A program made the position numbers and the translations under genes. Below the pieces are notes generated by a model. The model did not search any database and was not told the DNA's origin. It saw only the letters and a list, made by a program, of their open reading frames with translations. DNA of 64,000 nt from Caecitellus pseudoparvulus. Taxonomy: Eukaryota; Protista; Bigyra: Bicosoecida. The DNA is taken from positions 496,001 to 560,000 of the forward strand of contig CBFFRQ010000062.1 of NCBI GenBank assembly GCA_965644315.1. The letters are read 5' to 3'. Below are positions 1 to 9,964 of this stretch, in pieces. Positions within the stretch are counted from its first letter, which is position 1. Each line of letters opens with the position of its first letter.

Positions 1-2
1 TA

Positions 3-3000
3 GCCATCCTTGCCCGCATCACCCTCCCGATCGTCTCGGGGCGCCTAGACGTCGACGCCTCCCCGCTGACTTTCTACTTGGCGTGGCTGTCATCGGTCGC
101 TGGGACGCTGCTAGGCGCTGTGTGCTTGCTTTGGGCTGTGTGCTCCGACGCAAGCTTCCAGAGTCAGTGAGTGGCAAGCGACGATGCATTTCACGTGCAC
201 GATGCCTGGCGTGCCGATGGCACTTCTCCAAAGTTGTTCCCATACACGACCGCGCCCACCACTTTGCAGGGGCCGGTTTCATTCTCACAGCACTCTAGCA
301 ACGGCGCGACGTGGCCGCGCTTCGACTCAGCGGCAATCAAGAACCAAGGAAAAACTTTCGATTGCTCTGTTTGTGTTCCTGTGGGTCTTCTCTATCCCCA
401 TGCTCGTCACGCTGAGCCGCATGCTGGCTTGCTTCCCCGCCCTGGACCCAGCGGTCCGGGCTCCTCACCTCATCCAGCGATGGGGCACCGCCACCAACGC
501 CATCTGGGGCAAGCCGGGAGCGCTGCTGCGGAGCACGGTGTTGCCACTGAGCACGCCCCTTGAGCACGGCGTGAGCATGGTGCCGGCGATGTTCGGGGGC
601 GTGGAGGCGTGCTACACGGGCTGGCACCTGGTGCATGCAGGGGTGTCAATGGCATGCCTTGGCCTGGTGAATGGCCTCTGCGTGCTTGGTCGTCTCATGA
701 TGGCTTTCCCTGACCCGACACTGCTGGGCAGCCGGTCTTTTGCGGAGGAAAACTTGACGGCCTCCCTCGGCGTACGGTGGGCTGTGCTTCTGGACATCGG
801 CCTTGTCTTCAACACAGCACTGGCGCTAACTGTCATTGCGGAATTCTTCCCATCATGGGCTCTAGGGTCCCTCCTCCCTTTGATTGGCGTGCTGTACCCT
901 GCGTGGACGCTCCACAGGCAGGTGCATGTGAACCCTCGACAGTTCAGAATCTGGTCTGCCGTTTGCTCAGCCATGGTGACGACTGGCCTCTGCAGCATGT
1001 TCATCGCAGGGGGCAGCACGGTGGACTACTTTGCCTTCGTGTCAGTTCTAGGGCTGGCCACCATCATCGTCGGTGCGGCGTCTGTTGACAGCTTCAGGCA
1101 GCGGGTGCTGGCCAAATCCCACGTGCAACTGTCAGTGCACGCACAGCTGTTCGTAGCAACTCTGCACGAGTCCAGGCGCTTCAGTAAGCGCCTTGCACGA
1201 GACCTCTTTGGGCGAGACACTGCGACAGTGGAAGTGTCCCGTGCACTGGCCCTGGCAGCTGGATGTGGCCCACAAGTGTGGAGTTCCGCTGACATGGCCC
1301 AGCTTCGATCTGCAGCCCACATTGCCCGCCTGCGGACTGCCCTCGCCGACAACCCCGCTCACGCCATCATCGCCCGCATGCGCCGCCTGCACCCCGACTC
1401 TGCCACCGCCGCCATGTACGAAGCCATGTGGCGCGGCAGTCCCTGGAGCGGGCACGGCGTGGGCGGCGAGGTGGCGGCCCTGCGACGCCTGTGGGCGCTC
1501 ACGCCTGCCCCCGACTTCCGCGTGTACATCTTGCACCGCCTGCAGTGTCTGTGGCGCCTGGAGAGCGCCGCCATGCTGGGGCTGGTGCGCCGGGCTGAGG
1601 TGCAGGGGCGCATGACGCTGGGTGGCTTAGTTGCGGCGGCTGGGCGACTGCGTGTGGCTGTGCAGGATGCGCAGGGAGGGGCGGGAGCAGGCAAGGGCCG
1701 GCGCGTGAGCGGCAGCGAGGCGTGGGAGCACAGCGCCGCATCGGCACACTGGGTGATGCGCGAGGTGCGCAGTGTGGTGGCAGCAGCTGGTGCTCGGTAC
1801 GAGTACTTGCGCAGCGTGGGGGGCATGCCTGGGCAGACGCGCCGGCAGTTCGAAGTGGCAGCGGTGGAAGGCGCGGTGGCTGGGCGCGAGGTGGGTGCTG
1901 GCGAGGCAGGGGGTATGGGCGCTGTGGTGAAGGGTGGTGGTGGGTCGGGTGTCGTGCGGGGTGCGTCCGGTGCGCTGGGTGGGTGGGTGCAGTTTGTGGG
2001 TCGAGGTGGGCAGGGCAAGGAGCCCCGGCAGCCCGTGCTGTGGGCAGAGGTGAGTGGCACTGGCAGCACACGGGGCATGGTGCTGTCAGTGAGCGAGGGC
2101 ATGGTGAGGCTGCTGGGGTGCAGCAGTGAGGGCGAGCTGGTGGGGCGAGGGTGGGGCGAGGTGATGGGCCTGGGTGGGGATGTGTGGTGGGGCGGCGTGG
2201 TCGCGAAGGGGCTGACGCCGGGGGACGTGGGTGTGCCGCGGTGTGTGAAGCTGGGTCGGCAGGGGCAGGAGGGCGTGGCGTGCCAGGTGTGTGTGTTGGA
2301 GGGCTGGGCGTTGGGCGGCGGGGGTCCTGAGGTGCGGTGGGTGGTGCTTGTGGCTGTACAGGGGGATGGCGGTGGTGGCGGTGGTGGCGGTGGCGAGATG
2401 GAGGAGGGTGATGTTGTCGAGGGGGGCGGTGAGCATGTGGCGGGGGATGGGGGTGCGGGTATGCAGGGTTGGGCAGTGCAAGCGGTGCGTTTGAGCAGTG
2501 CGAGCTGGAAGTCGGCGGGAACTTCCCACGCCGCATGGGGGTCCAACATAGCATGTATCATCATCATGCTCATTGGGTACATGTCGGTGGTACTCACCAA
2601 CCTTGACACATCGCTTGGAGGGTCCACAGGATTGCAAGTGGTTGGGCCTCGTGCCTTCTGGCGAGCCAGCTGGGCCAGCGACGCTGCCTCCACGTGCCTC
2701 GCACTGGGCACCATCAACGCCTCCCGCCCCCATGGCACGTCGCAGGACAGTGACGCACAAGTGGCGCACCTGCTGGATGTGTGGTCGGGCGGGCTCCGTC
2801 AAGGCAGCCATGTGATGGCAGAGTACCGGGAGCCGCGGGCGTTCTTCGACGAGGGCAAGGTGGCCCGCGTGTTTGGTGCAGTGATGGTGGATGAGGTGGT
2901 GACTGTGGGGGGTGCGGAGGGGAATGTCAGTGTGATGGGCGGGGGGGTATTGTCGATGCATGCGGCAGGTGGGGGCACGGGTGGCGTGGGAGGGTGGGGC

Positions 3001-4199
3001 GAGGTGACGGCGGCGTTGAACGTGAGCGGGTCGGTGTTGCAGGGGAGCGCGACTCGCTTCCTTGAGGCGCGAGGAAACTTCGACCTGCTTAGAGGTACTG
3101 TTGGTGCATTTACTGTCATTGGGGCAACGTATCTGGCAAGTATTTTTGTAGAGCGCTGGATGCAGCGTGCCGAGACCCGTGCTGAGCGGGGCGAGGACAA
3201 GGCCAGTGACATGCGCTCACGGCCCCTGCTGCACAGCGGGTCGCTGGTGTGGGCGACATGCGCGTCTGGTGTGCCGCTTGTGGTGATGTTTCTCGTCGTG
3301 TTCGTGACAAGCCGACTGGCCAGCCCGACGGGAGGTGCGCTCACGTTCATGGGTCGTGCCACATCTGGTGCCGTCGGACACCTCACCTCCACATCCACCT
3401 CCCTCCTCCAAACCCACATCGACTTGATGCGCGGCCAACCCATCCACCCGCCGCTCCTGCTCGAAGCCCAGCAACACCTGGCTGCAGCGCAGTGGTGGGC
3501 GCTGCAGGCCGGTGCCATTGCTGGGCAGCAGGACCACAGTCGGGAGGATGTCGTGGGTGTGCTGAGCCGAGCCATGCTGCGTGATGCATGTGGTCTACTG
3601 GGCGTGGTGGAGGGGGGCGACATGCAGGCCGTGGCAAGGGCCAGTGCATACACGCCTGACGGCGTGGCGGGTCTGTGGAGCAGTGGATGGGGCGAGTCGT
3701 ACCGATCACAGTGTGGTGGTGCGGGGGGAGGCGTGCTGTCGACGGGGGGCGTGACACGGGGTGTGCTGTGGGTGGCTGGGCACATGGAGCAGGTGGTGGG
3801 CGTGATGGCGAGGTGTGCGGGTGTGGGGGGCGGTGGGAACGCGACGGCAGAGGCGGCGTGTGTGGGCGGGAGGGGGTGGATCTGGCGGGGGCTGTGGGGG
3901 GGATGGGGAGTGGTGGTGGCGGGCTGGGGGAGGTGTTGGATGTGAGTGTGGTGCAGCTGGGCATGGTGCGGAGCGCGGTGGATTGGCTGGTGCTGGTTGG
4001 GTATGCTGCCATCGAGGCCGGCAGCTATACGCTGTATTGGGCTGCGCTGTACATTCCATTGGCACTCAACTTTGTCATTTTCCTTGGTGTTGTGCTCCCC
4101 ATGGTCAGGGCGAGGAGTGCCAACGTAGTTGCTCTTCAGCTTCGAAGCGTTTTGAGAGGGCTTGGGGCGCGTGTTCAATCATCCAAAGTAGAGGTTTAG
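3..4199 (+). CDS. TmcB-like multi-pass membrane protein with TPR-like and PAS-like domains, copy A (5' end outside window; 1-nt frameshift near 3866, so possibly a pseudogene or sequencing error)
   Basis: Frame 3 from nt 3 reads ...SGRLDVDASPLTFYLAWLSSV, homologous to the N-termini of copies B and C. A GTGAGT donor at 167 with an acceptor at 269 or 290 (phase 2) joins the 184-3945 frame. Motifs: CYTGWHLVH; RRLHPDSATAAMYEAMW...PAPDFRVYILHRL (TmcB TPR-like); VLSVSEGMVRLLGCSSEGELVGRGW (PAS-like). The C-terminal TM continues in the 3675-4199 frame. Confidence 0.7.
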
Positions 4200-7100
4200 C
4201 CCACGCAAGGTGACAGCCCGTTCACCAACGTTGAAGGCTGCGAAGCTCCCTTGGGATTTTCGTTTGCCGGTCATGCCTTCTCAAGTGCGAACGCGAAGTA
4301 TTGTTCAGTTGTGCATCGAGACACCTGCAGCTACCTCTGTGACAGCCTCAGCCGCGGCACAAATTCATGTCAATGGCCTAGTCTAGAGTGCTCCACGTCG
4401 ATCATGCATTCCTGGTCTGTTGATTCTGCTTGGTGGATTCTCACCGAGAGATGAAGTACCAAGCTCCTGGAAACAGTGGCAATGATGATAGTACTGTCGC
4501 TCTTGACACGGTTCACAATGCAGCAAAGAGACCCTTCAAGATGCACTTTCTCGCACTCGGACACCACAGAAGCACGAGTTACTTTGCCACACATGGCATT
4601 AGGTCTCTCTGGCTATCCCTTGTGTTGGAATCTGCTCCTGCATGCAGAGCAACAGTCCGCAGAAGGGTCAGGGCTAGGAGATTGCTGCTGCGAGAGCGCA
4701 CCACAGGGCGAACACACACCCAAAACACAAGCCAGCTCACCATAAGCGGGAGCACCACCTCGAACATGAGCAACGAAGGTATGGAAAGGTCGATGTCACC
4801 CCCAGCAACCAGCACCAGCCAATCCACCGCGCTCCGCACCATGCCCAGCTGCACCACACCCACATCCAACACCTCCCCCAGCCCGCCACCACCACTCCCC
4901 ATCCCACCCACAGCCCCCGCCAGATCCACCCCTCCCTCACCCACACACGCCGCCTCTGCCGTCGCGTTCCCACCGCCCCCCACACCCGCACACCTCGCCA
5001 TCACGCCCACCACCTGCTCCATGTGCCCAGCCACCCACAGCACACCCCGTGTCACGCCCCCCGTCGACAGCACGCCTCCCCCCGCACCACCACACTGTGA
5101 TCGGTACGACTCGCCCCATCCACTGCTCCACAGACCCGCCACGCCGTCAGGCGTGTATGCACTGGCCCTTGCCACGGCCTGCATGTCGCCCCCCTCCACC
5201 ACGCCCAGTAGACCACATGCATCACGCAGCATGGCTCGGCTCAGCACACCCACAACATCCTCACGACTGTGGTCCTGCTGCCCAGCGATGGCACCGGCCT
5301 GCAGCGCCCACCACTGCGCTGCAGCCAGGTGTTGCTGGGCTTCGAGCAGGAGCGGCGGGTGGATGGGTTGGCCGCGCATCAAGTCGATGTGGGTTTGGAG
5401 GAGGGAGGTGGATGTGGAGGTGAGGTGTCCGACGGCACCAGACGTGGCGCGACCCACCTGAACCGTGACCCTTTTAGAGCTCCCAGTGGACCGGCTCACA
5501 AGGAACACGACGAGAAACATCACCACAAGCGGCACACCAGACGCGCATGTCGCCCACACCAGCGACCCGCTGTGCAGCAGGGGCCGTGAGCGCATGTCAC
5601 TGGCCTTGTCCTCGCCCCGCTCAGCACGGGTCTCGGCACGCTGCATCCAGATCTCAAAGAAAGGTGCAACTGCTAACGCAAGGAACACGAAGAGGAAGGC
5701 CCCAACTGTCCCTTGGACAAAATCGGCCGCCCACTTCATCTCGAGAAAGCGAGTCGCGCTCCCCTGCAACACCGACCCGCTCACGTTCAACGCCGCCGTC
5801 ACCTCGCCCCACCCTCCCACGCCACCCGTGCCCCCACCTGCCGCATGCATCGACAATACCCCCCCGCCCATCACACTGACATTCCCCTCCGCACCCCCCA
5901 CAGTCACCACCTCATCCACCATCACTGCACCAAACACGCGGGCCACCTTGCCCTCGTCGAAGAACGCCCGCGGCTCCCGGTACTCTGCCATCACATGGCT
6001 GCCTTGACGGAGCCCGCCCGACCACACATCCAGCAGGTGCGCCACTTGTGCGTCACTGTCCTGCGACGTGCCATGGGGGCGGGAGGCGTTGATGGTGCCC
6101 AGTGCGAGGCACGTGGAGGCAGCGTCGCTGGCCCAGCTGGCTCGCCAGAAGGCATGAGGCCCAACCACTTGCAATCCTGTGGACCCTCCAAGCGATGTGT
6201 CAAGGTTGGTGAGTACCACCGACATGTACCCAATGAGCATGATGATGATACATGCTATGTTGGACCCCCATGCGGCGTGGGAAGTTCCCGCCGACTTCCA
6301 GCTCGCACCGCTCAAACGCACCGCTTGCACTGCCCAACCCTGCATACCCGCACCCCCATCCCCCGCCACATGCTCACCGCCCCCCTCCACGGCATCGCCC
6401 ACCTCCATCTCGCCACCGCCACCACCGCCACCACCGCCATCCCCCTGTACAGCCACAAGCACCACCCACCGCACCTCAGGACCCCCGCCGCCCAACGCCC
6501 AGCCCTCCAACACACACACCTGGCACGCCACGCCCTCCTGCCCCTGCCGACCCAGCTTCACACACCGCGGCACACCCACGTCCCCCGGCGTCAGCCCCTT
6601 CGCGACCACGCCGCCCCACCACACATCCCCACCCAGGCCCATCACCTCGCCCCACCCTCGCCCCACCAGCTCGCCCTCACTGCTGCACCCCAGCAGCCTC
6701 ACCATGCCCTCGCTCACTGACAGCACCATGCCCCGTGTGCTGCCAGTGCCACTCACCTCTGCCCACAGCACGGGCTGCCGGGGCTCCTTGCCCTGCCCAC
6801 CTCGACCCACAAACTGCACCCACCCACCCAGCGCACCGGACGCACCCCGCACGACACCCGACCCACCACCACCCTTCACCACAGCGCCCATACCCCCTGC
6901 CTCGCCAGCACCCACCTCGCGCCCAGCCACCGCGCCCTCCACCGCTGCCACTTCGAACTGCCGGCGCGTCTGCCCAGGCATGCCCCCCACGCTGCGCAAG
7001 TACTCGTACCGAGCACCAGCTGCTGCCACCACACTGCGCACCTCGCGCATCACCCAGTGTGCCGATGCGGCGCTGTGCTCCCACGCCTCGCTGCCGCTCA

Positions 7101-8393
7101 CGCGCCGGCCCTTGCCTGCTCCCGCCCCTCCCTGCGCATCCTGCACAGCCACACGCAGTCGCCCAGCCGCCGCAACTAAGCCACCCAGCGTCATGCGCCC
7201 CTGCACCTCAGCCCGGCGCACCAGCCCCAGCATGGCGGCGCTCTCCAGGCGCCACAGACACTGCAGGCGGTGCAAGATGTACACGCGGAAGTCGGGGGCA
7301 GGCGTGAGCGCCCACAGGCGTCGCAGGGCCGCCACCTCGCCGCCCACGCCGTGCCCGCTCCAGGGACTGCCGCGCCACATGGCTTCGTACATGGCGGCGG
7401 TGGCAGAGTCGGGGTGCAGGCGGCGCATGCGGGCGATGATGGCGTGAGCGGGGTTGTCGGCGAGGGCAGTCCGTAGGCGGGCAATGTGGGCTGCAGATCG
7501 AAGTACTGTTTTTCCGCAATTGTCTACGCTCTCTGGCCTCGTCCCATTGATCGCTTCAAGTGCGAGAGCTGCTTGGATCGGGCTGGTGTCCTTCCCCAAG
7601 ACGCGGTCCAGGGCAGATCTGAAGGCCAAAAAGTTTACGTTGATGGCCCGCAAGAAAAGCTGGCCAGGAACAGTGAGCTTCGTTGCAACGGAGGATGCAA
7701 TCCAGTTGTGTGTGGTGATCAAGAGCGCCGCCACAAGCACGAGCAAGATGGAGCCAACTGCCACAAGCGACAGCGTGAGGTCAACTCCGCGCTGCCCCAG
7801 CGTTGTGATGCCCACGATGAGCCCAGAAGTCAGCATGGACGAGCAGGCACCACCCCACAGACCGAGTTGGTTTGGGTTTGCATGAGGCTGGGTTTGAGAG
7901 GACACCACCAAGTACAGCCCACCCACAGCTGGCGCGAGGAAGGACATGAGCCAAAGTGGAATCAAGTCCAACAGGAGAACGAAGTTAATGGCACTCGAGG
8001 CAGTGAAGAGCACTTCAAGAACGAGTGAGACCCGCTGGTTTGTTGTGGTGGTAATGCCCTCTGAGGCGTTCCGCTGGGCAGTCAGCCTGGCTGGATGGGG
8101 CAGGCTGTGCAGCAGGCGAACCACAAGGGACAGGTTCGTGATGGTTGAAAGGCACACGGCGCTGATGAGCACGTGCACCAGGTGCCAGCCCGTGTAGCAC
8201 GCCCCCACGCCCCCGAACATCGCCGGCACCATGCTCACGCCGTGCTCAAGGGGCGCGCTGAGCGGGAAAACCGTGCCTTTGGACAGCGCTCCCGGCTCGC
8301 CCCAGATGGCGTTGGTGGCGGTGCCCCATCGCTGGATGAGGTGAGGAGCCCGGACCGCTGGGTCCAGGGCGGGGAAGCAAGCCAGCATGCGGC
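416..8393. repeat. Large inverted repeat (palindrome) formed by copies A and B; arms ~416-3998 and ~4807-8393
   Basis: Mirrored shadow ORFs have a constant coordinate sum of 8806 (1499..2554/6252..7307; 3217..3537/5269..5589). Near-identical blocks: A416-635/B8174-8393, A1303-3059/B5747-7503, A3157-3303/B5503-5649, A3350-3998/B4807-5456. Confidence 0.95.
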
Positions 8394-8883
8394 CCAGAAT
8401 CAGCGTCAGGGGGACACTGAGTGCCCAGAAAGTGAAGTGAAGGACTCCGCTCAGGAGTTTCTGCCGCTGTCGCAGCGGCTGCAGCCAAGTTTCTATGGCT
8501 GGAGGAAGGAGACCTGCGCCTTTCCCCCGCCCGAACGAGGAGCTCTCCTTTGATCTCCCAACCAGAAAGGTTGGAGTCAGGAGCCCAGGCAACAGCAGCA
8601 CCACCCAGGCTGTGCCGGCGACAGCGACGGAGCCGAGCCAAAGCCCGTAAAACACGGCAGGAGAAAGGTCCACGTCAGCTCGCCCGGCAACGAGATACAC
8701 AGAAAGTCGCCCAAATAGCGTCAGGCCGCTGTTTTCTTGCCCCACTGCCAGTGCAGGCACGTACGCGGCCAGGCATACTACCTGAACTGCCCGCACCAGC
8801 ACCAGGGTTTGCATGAATGCATGGCTGAGTCGGGGAAGGCGCAGAACCGCTAGGATCCAATGCCACAATGGGATAGAGGGCAT
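4579..8883 (-). CDS. TmcB-like multi-pass membrane PAS-domain protein, copy B (~1434 aa, uninterrupted)
   Basis: Single long ORF, first ATG at 8883 (MPSIPLWHW). It has an N-terminal TM bundle, the same TPR-like and PAS-like motifs as copies A and C, and C-terminal TM helices. Confidence 0.8.
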   Translation of the reverse strand: MPSIPLWHWILAVLRLPRLSHAFMQTLVLVRAVQVVCLAAYVPALAVGQENSGLTLFGRLSVYLVAGRADVDLSPAVFYGLWLGSVAVAGTAWVVLLLPGLLTPTFLVGRSKESSSFGRGKGAGLLPPAIETWLQPLRQRQKLLSGVLHFTFWALSVPLTLILGRMLACFPALDPAVRAPHLIQRWGTATNAIWGEPGALSKGTVFPLSAPLEHGVSMVPAMFGGVGACYTGWHLVHVLISAVCLSTITNLSLVVRLLHSLPHPARLTAQRNASEGITTTTNQRVSLVLEVLFTASSAINFVLLLDLIPLWLMSFLAPAVGGLYLVVSSQTQPHANPNQLGLWGGACSSMLTSGLIVGITTLGQRGVDLTLSLVAVGSILLVLVAALLITTHNWIASSVATKLTVPGQLFLRAINVNFLAFRSALDRVLGKDTSPIQAALALEAINGTRPESVDNCGKTVLRSAAHIARLRTALADNPAHAIIARMRRLHPDSATAAMYEAMWRGSPWSGHGVGGEVAALRRLWALTPAPDFRVYILHRLQCLWRLESAAMLGLVRRAEVQGRMTLGGLVAAAGRLRVAVQDAQGGAGAGKGRRVSGSEAWEHSAASAHWVMREVRSVVAAAGARYEYLRSVGGMPGQTRRQFEVAAVEGAVAGREVGAGEAGGMGAVVKGGGGSGVVRGASGALGGWVQFVGRGGQGKEPRQPVLWAEVSGTGSTRGMVLSVSEGMVRLLGCSSEGELVGRGWGEVMGLGGDVWWGGVVAKGLTPGDVGVPRCVKLGRQGQEGVACQVCVLEGWALGGGGPEVRWVVLVAVQGDGGGGGGGGGEMEVGDAVEGGGEHVAGDGGAGMQGWAVQAVRLSGASWKSAGTSHAAWGSNIACIIIMLIGYMSVVLTNLDTSLGGSTGLQVVGPHAFWRASWASDAASTCLALGTINASRPHGTSQDSDAQVAHLLDVWSGGLRQGSHVMAEYREPRAFFDEGKVARVFGAVMVDEVVTVGGAEGNVSVMGGGVLSMHAAGGGTGGVGGWGEVTAALNVSGSVLQGSATRFLEMKWAADFVQGTVGAFLFVFLALAVAPFFEIWMQRAETRAERGEDKASDMRSRPLLHSGSLVWATCASGVPLVVMFLVVFLVSRSTGSSKRVTVQVGRATSGAVGHLTSTSTSLLQTHIDLMRGQPIHPPLLLEAQQHLAAAQWWALQAGAIAGQQDHSREDVVGVLSRAMLRDACGLLGVVEGGDMQAVARASAYTPDGVAGLWSSGWGESYRSQCGGAGGGVLSTGGVTRGVLWVAGHMEQVVGVMARCAGVGGGGNATAEAACVGEGGVDLAGAVGGMGSGGGGLGEVLDVGVVQLGMVRSAVDWLVLVAGGDIDLSIPSLLMFEVVLPLMVSWLVFWVCVRPVVRSRSSNLLALTLLRTVALHAGADSNTRDSQRDLMPCVAK

Positions 8884-9964
8884 GGCTGCTGTATGACCCC
8901 TGTTCAATCACCCTTGCGGGCTCTCTCTGACTGCCGGCTGCCCGGCGCAGCGAGCGGGAGAATCGGCTCGCTCTCGCCAACACGCCACGCACGCTTCCGA
9001 ATCACTTGACGGCCGTGAACGGCACGCGAGGGTCTGGCAAGCTCAGGCTTGCGAGACTATGACGAGAACGCCACGCCTTGTGTCTCTCCCTGTGACCGCT
9101 TGGCGCCATGTGCGGAGAGTGCGTGGCAGCTGTGAATTGGTCAACTTCTCTGGCTGCGCGGCTGCAGCGTGAGCGCATTGGCTCTGGAAGCTGGTGGTTG
9201 GTGACAGACGGCCGAGGGCAAGGCGGAACCGTGAGTCCGTGGCAGCCGAAGGCGCTGGTTGTGAGCTACCTTCGCTGGGCTAGTTTCCTGCCCCGCGGGA
9301 GCAAGCTATATGTTGCCGCGAGAGGCAAAGATGGCACGCTGGAGTGCAGGGGGACGAGGCAGGCTTGAAGCTCACGCACAGCTTGCCGTCGAGAGCGAAG
9401 TGGGTGTCACATGTCGGGATGGAGAGCTGCAGTGGGCGCAATGAGGGGGGAGGCGCTTGGGGCCGTGGTCTTCCCTCCAGACCCAAAGCGGGTGTGCGCC
9501 CTCTCTCCGCAGTGTGACGTGGCTCAAGCCACTAAAGTGTGCCACCGTTGGCGTCGACCAGTTTCCGCACCAAAACCTGAGGGATGCTGGCTTTCGGGCC
9601 GATATCTTGGCCAACTGAAGAAGAACTTGAGAAGTACACTCTACATACTAAAGAATCACCAAACGGCCTGCATTTATAATCCGAAGACTCACAGGAGCTG
9701 CGCAGGGTGTCTTGATAGGGTTGAAGCAGGCTCCTTACCAAAATCCGCATTTGTTCACACGGCGCTGCACGAACGGTGCGCGAGCAGCCCCTTGGAACAA
9801 AATCACTAAGTCCTCACAAATGCGTACAGCGCCAAATATTTCGTGCCTTGTCCAAACGTGCAAGTGTCCCCCAGGCTGCGAAGCTGGCTTGGCTGGCTCC
9901 TTTGGCGATTGAATTGGAGCGACATTGCTTGGGACGGTTGTGCCCCTTTCCTGCCTGTGGCGCA

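Noticed and set aside
3060-3350. Diversity-generating retroelement (TR/VR) explanation for the variable cassettes
   Set aside because: Differences affect all four bases and saturate synonymous sites rather than being adenine-specific, and no reverse transcriptase is present in the window.
1359-7447. Long Pro/His/Thr-rich antisense ORFs (e.g. 1359-2738, 2799-4178, 4430-5461, 6179-7447)
   Set aside because: Shadow frames of the G-rich coding strand; they have no domain motifs and are duplicated only because the sense genes are.
8900-9960. Short ORFs in the 1-kb gap between copy B and GTF3C5
   Set aside because: No recognisable motifs or coherent splice model; probably a divergent promoter region.
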